Part shown: positions 60,701 to 64,000 of the stretch, piece by piece | Layout of the letters: each line of letters opens with the position of its first letter | How positions within the stretch are numbered: the first letter of the stretch is position 1 | From: an uncultured delta proteobacterium | GTDB lineage: Bacteria; Myxococcota_A; Polyangia; Polyangiales; Polyangiaceae | DNA: 64,000 nucleotides | Direction of reading: 5' to 3' | NCBI GenBank assembly: GCA_963841435.1 | Contig: CAWJCS010000005.1 | Span: forward strand, 1,600,001-1,664,000 | Program-made: the position numbers and the translations under genes | The notes under the pieces: generated by a model | Told to the model about the DNA's origin: nothing | Seen by the model: the letters and a program-made list of their open reading frames with translations, nothing else | Databases searched by the model: none

Positions 60701-61704
60701 ATGACCGTGAGCACGCTTGACGTGGATTGCGTCCGACGGGGGCCGCTTGCCCGAAGCTCGGGTGCGCGTTCGAGCTCGGCGCTCGGGCTCGCGCTGCTTT
60801 TCGCCTCCCTCGCAACGGCCTGCTCGGCCGCGACCACCCAGCCCCTGGGGGCGGGCGGGGCCGCGGGGCTGGAAGGCTTGGCTTCCGGGTCCGGCGGTCT
60901 GCTCCAGGGGGGTTCGAGCGGGTCCCTGGGTGGTGCCGGCGCGGCGGGTGGGGGCAGCGGCGGGAGCGGCGCGAGCGGTGGGCTCGGAGGCGGCGCAGCC
61001 GGGAGCGGGACGAACGCCGGGGGCACGGGGGGCGCAGCGGCGGCAGGTGGGGATGCCGGGGCGAGCGGCGCCGGTGGGCTTTCCGGAGCGGGGGGCATCG
61101 CGGCGGGTGGTGCGTCTGGGCTCGGAGGATCGACGGGTGGCGCGGGTGCGGCCGGAGCTTTTGCCGCCGGCGCCGGGGGGAGCTCGGCCGGGACCGCCGG
61201 CACGTCGGGTGCGGGTGGTGGCGCCGCTGCGAGCGGTGCGGGCAGCGCTGGCAAGAGCGGCAGTGCGGGTGCGAGCGGCGCCTCGGGCTGCAACCTGCCG
61301 GTCACGGTGAGCTTCCAGACGGACGTGCAGCCGTTTCTCGTCACGAGCTGCGGCGGCGGTGGGGGCTGCCATGTGATCGACGGCCAGTCAACAACGTCCA
61401 ACGGTGGATACAACCACGCGTACGATTGGATCACGGCCGGATCGCACACCTCGTCGTGCCCCAACAGCCCACTTCGCTTCGAGATCGTGCTCGAACGTCG
61501 TCGAACGCGGCGAACCCTGCGAGCTGCTCCAAGTCTCGGAAGATGCCGCCACCGGACGCGACGGGCGGCGACCTCCGGACGCCGCTCACGGCGTGCGAAG
61601 TGGCGACGCTTCAGGCCTGGCTCGACGAGCCGCTCGTCACCCAGACGCACCGGGCGGACGACACCTCACCGACGACGCCTTACCCGATGCCGCCGTTCAA
61701 CTGA
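60701..61704 (+). CDS. Lipoprotein: Gly/Ser linker + planctomycete-cytochrome-c-like domain (frameshifted at ~61495-61503)
   Basis: Lipobox LATAC; VSFQTDVQPFL..SCGGGGGCH; KMPP...LTACEVATLQAWL continues in a shifted frame. Confidence 0.68.
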
Positions 61705-61782
61705 AAGCGCCGCCCGCCGGTCCGGGTGCGCGCGCTGGCGGCGGTCGTCCTTGTCGGGGATAACCGCCGCCGTAGCGGCTCG

Positions 61783-64000
61783 TTACGGCGGGATATCGCC
61801 CCACACCGTGAGGGCCGCGCGTGTTTCCGGATCGAGCTCGACGGGCGCCTGCTCGGTGGTGCCGAGCTCCTTCGGGACCTTGCCGGCTTCGCCCGCAAGC
61901 GTGGCAAGCCAGACGGTACGGGCGGCGATGCTGCGATCGGCGAAGACATCGACCGCGCAGGCGGGATCGACGTCGAGCGCGCAGAGGTGCGGGGTCTCGC
62001 CGAGCATACCGCGCAAGAGCCAGGGGCCCTGGCGCGTGGCGTAGCGGCCGAACAGGGTCGCATGCTGGGCGTGCCCCTCGACGATGCCGCCGCCCCTCGC
62101 GCGCAGCGCGAGATCGACGCCGGGCAGCGGGGGTGGGAGCACGAGATCGAGCGCGCGGGCAATGGTCGCGGCAACGTCGACGGCCGTGACCGGCTCCTGG
62201 ATCTCCTTGCCGGCGAGCTCCCCGAACGGCAGCTTCACGATGAGCGGCACGCTCAAGCGCTCCTCGTCGAGCGGGGGCGACGGATCGAACGGCAGCGCCG
62301 GCGGTGCCCCCGGGCTCACGTCGCCCATGACGACGATGAGCGCGCCATCCCAGGCGTTTTCCTTCTTGAGCACCTGGATGAGCTGCGTGAGACCCGCGTC
62401 CTGTTTGGCGAGCGCCGCTTCGGTCAGCGCCGAGAGCCGCGTCCAGTCATCGTCGCCCAGCTTGTGGCGGGAGCGCCCCTGCCTCGCCCGGAGGGCTCCG
62501 AGGATGATGCCGCCGCGCCGGGGCTCGACCGCTCCGTTGTATTCCGTCGGGCGAAGCTGTGCGGCTTCCTCGCGTGAGATGTCCCAGGGCGGGTGGCCGC
62601 CGCGCGCATGGATCACGACGAGGTGCTCGGCGCTCGGGCGTTCTTCGAGGTCGTGCGAGAGCCACGCCGCGGCGCGCGTGAACGGCTCGCTCGCCGCGAT
62701 GTCCTTCACGGGCGACAGCGCCTCGAACGTGTCGAAGCCGGCGTTGAATCCGAACGGCGCGAAGCTCGTCGGCACACTCGTGAACATGGCCGCGCTGCCG
62801 GCAGCTTCCTCGAGCAGGCGCGGCAGCGTGCGGAGCCCCGCGGGCACGCGTTGCAGCGGCGCCTGGACGCCGTGCGCGCGCGGCAAGAGCCCCGTGAGCA
62901 GCGTCGTGAGCACCCCAGACGCCACCGTGGTCGGCGCTCGATAGCGGCTGAACGTCGTGCCGCCCCGGACGAGGCCTGCGAGCGCCGTCATCCCGCCCGT
63001 CGGCCCCCAGGGCGGCACGTCGGCCTGGTCGATCGACGAGAGGACCACGAGAACGACGACGCGGGCCGTCGGAAGCGCCGCCTCCTTGGCGTCGGCGCGC
63101 ACGATCTCGGGGTCGCCGAACGCGATGCGTCCGCCGCGCGTCGCCTCGGGTGCCCTGAGCTCGAGCGCGACGGGCTCGCCCGCAAAGCGACCGAGGTCGA
63201 TGTCGGCCATGGTCCAGGCGTTCGAATCGCTGCCCGCGACTTTGTGCGTCGCGAGCACCTCGAGCTCGCCGCCTTCGCGTCGTGCCGCAAGCTCGGCGGA
63301 GCCGTGCCCCGAGCCCCAGAACCCGAGCGCCACGCGAAGGTGCGCGCCCGCCGCCGGGCGCAGGAAGCACCGCACCGTCGACGGCGCGCGCAGCACGAGG
63401 GCTCGCCGCGGCACGCCACCGAGCGCGACGTCGGCCACGATGTCGAGCAGCGTGGGGGCGGCGAAGCTCGCGTCCTCGCGGTGGTCGCTGGGGCTCGCGA
63501 GGCGCAGCCAGTCGAGCTCGGCGAGCGGGTTCTGCGAGGCGCGTGGCCCGCCCGTGAAACGCAGCCGAACGCGGTGCAGGCCCGGCTCGACCGCTGCGTT
63601 CAGCTCGGGCAGAGCGAAGCTTTTCGGCTCGCCTTCCGGCAGGCGGGCCACGCCGAGTCGCCGGCCGTCGAGGACCGCCTGCACGCGCTTGGCCGTGCCT
63701 GCGCGACCCCGCAGCGTGATGCGTGCGGCATCGAGGCGCTCGTCGAGCCAAAGGTCGTAGTCGAGGTCGCGCGTGCGTGCTTCGAGGTAAGTGGCGCCGT
63801 CACGCTCGACGACCTCGTCGCTCGTCGGCGCGGTGAGTCGAAATCCGGTCCACGGCAGGGGCGCGTCGCCGCCGAGATCGAGCAGTCGGCCGTGATGCTC
63901 GATCTCGCAGCCCGAGAGCCGTTCGATGAGCTCGATCCGGTCGCTCTTTCGCACGGCGCCGAGGGCCGCGGCGGCCGGGCGCGCGGGCGGCGTGGCAGCG
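61783..64000 (-). CDS. Sulfatase-fold (alkaline phosphatase superfamily) protein, 5' end outside the window
   Basis: Frame is open to the window edge; LLTG...HGV, GFNAGFD, HPPW, VPLIVK and VDVAATI sulfatase-like segments. Confidence 0.8.
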   Translation of the reverse strand, partial: AATPPARPAAAALGAVRKSDRIELIERLSGCEIEHHGRLLDLGGDAPLPWTGFRLTAPTSDEVVERDGATYLEARTRDLDYDLWLDERLDAARITLRGRAGTAKRVQAVLDGRRLGVARLPEGEPKSFALPELNAAVEPGLHRVRLRFTGGPRASQNPLAELDWLRLASPSDHREDASFAAPTLLDIVADVALGGVPRRALVLRAPSTVRCFLRPAAGAHLRVALGFWGSGHGSAELAARREGGELEVLATHKVAGSDSNAWTMADIDLGRFAGEPVALELRAPEATRGGRIAFGDPEIVRADAKEAALPTARVVVLVVLSSIDQADVPPWGPTGGMTALAGLVRGGTTFSRYRAPTTVASGVLTTLLTGLLPRAHGVQAPLQRVPAGLRTLPRLLEEAAGSAAMFTSVPTSFAPFGFNAGFDTFEALSPVKDIAASEPFTRAAAWLSHDLEERPSAEHLVVIHARGGHPPWDISREEAAQLRPTEYNGAVEPRRGGIILGALRARQGRSRHKLGDDDWTRLSALTEAALAKQDAGLTQLIQVLKKENAWDGALIVVMGDVSPGAPPALPFDPSPPLDEERLSVPLIVKLPFGELAGKEIQEPVTAVDVAATIARALDLVLPPPLPGVDLALRARGGGIVEGHAQHATLFGRYATRQGPWLLRGMLGETPHLCALDVDPACAVDVFADRSIAARTVWLATLAGEAGKVPKELGTTEQAPVELDPETRAALTVWGDIPP

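Overview
High-GC chromosomal window that looks myxobacterial (Polyangiales/Sorangium-like). That assignment is inferred from the eukaryotic-type Ser/Thr kinases, TPR/PEGA proteins, Gly/Ser-linker lipoproteins, AgmX/TonB-like protein and CdnL. About 58 genes are present, mostly housekeeping (folE, mlaE, cysS, pyrK-pyrD, purC, coaD, ppx, cdnL/carD, rnc, trmL, rph, queE, rsgA) plus many envelope proteins, together with the SRP RNA (ffs). I see no tRNA/rRNA, IS element, prophage or CRISPR array. The best novel candidate is a minus-strand unit at 30012-30628 that the ORF track misses: a sigma70-type promoter, a strong RBS, a 38-aa 55% Lys/Arg histone-H1-like peptide, and directly downstream a ~370-390-nt non-coding region packed with hairpins that matches no housekeeping RNA I recognise. 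Other signals: a 14-aa leader peptide with alternating hairpins upstream of rsgA, a ~255-nt structured 5' leader on cdnL, about ten apparently leaderless genes, a trpS 3' remnant, an orphan SctK?/SctL-FliH pair, a CX5CH cytochrome-c-like lipoprotein, and a sigma54 promoter plus FadR/PdhR-type dyad before a ceramide-glucosyltransferase-like gene. Five genes carry insertion frameshifts that are most likely sequencing or assembly errors. All calls come from reading the sequence by eye; no database searches were run.
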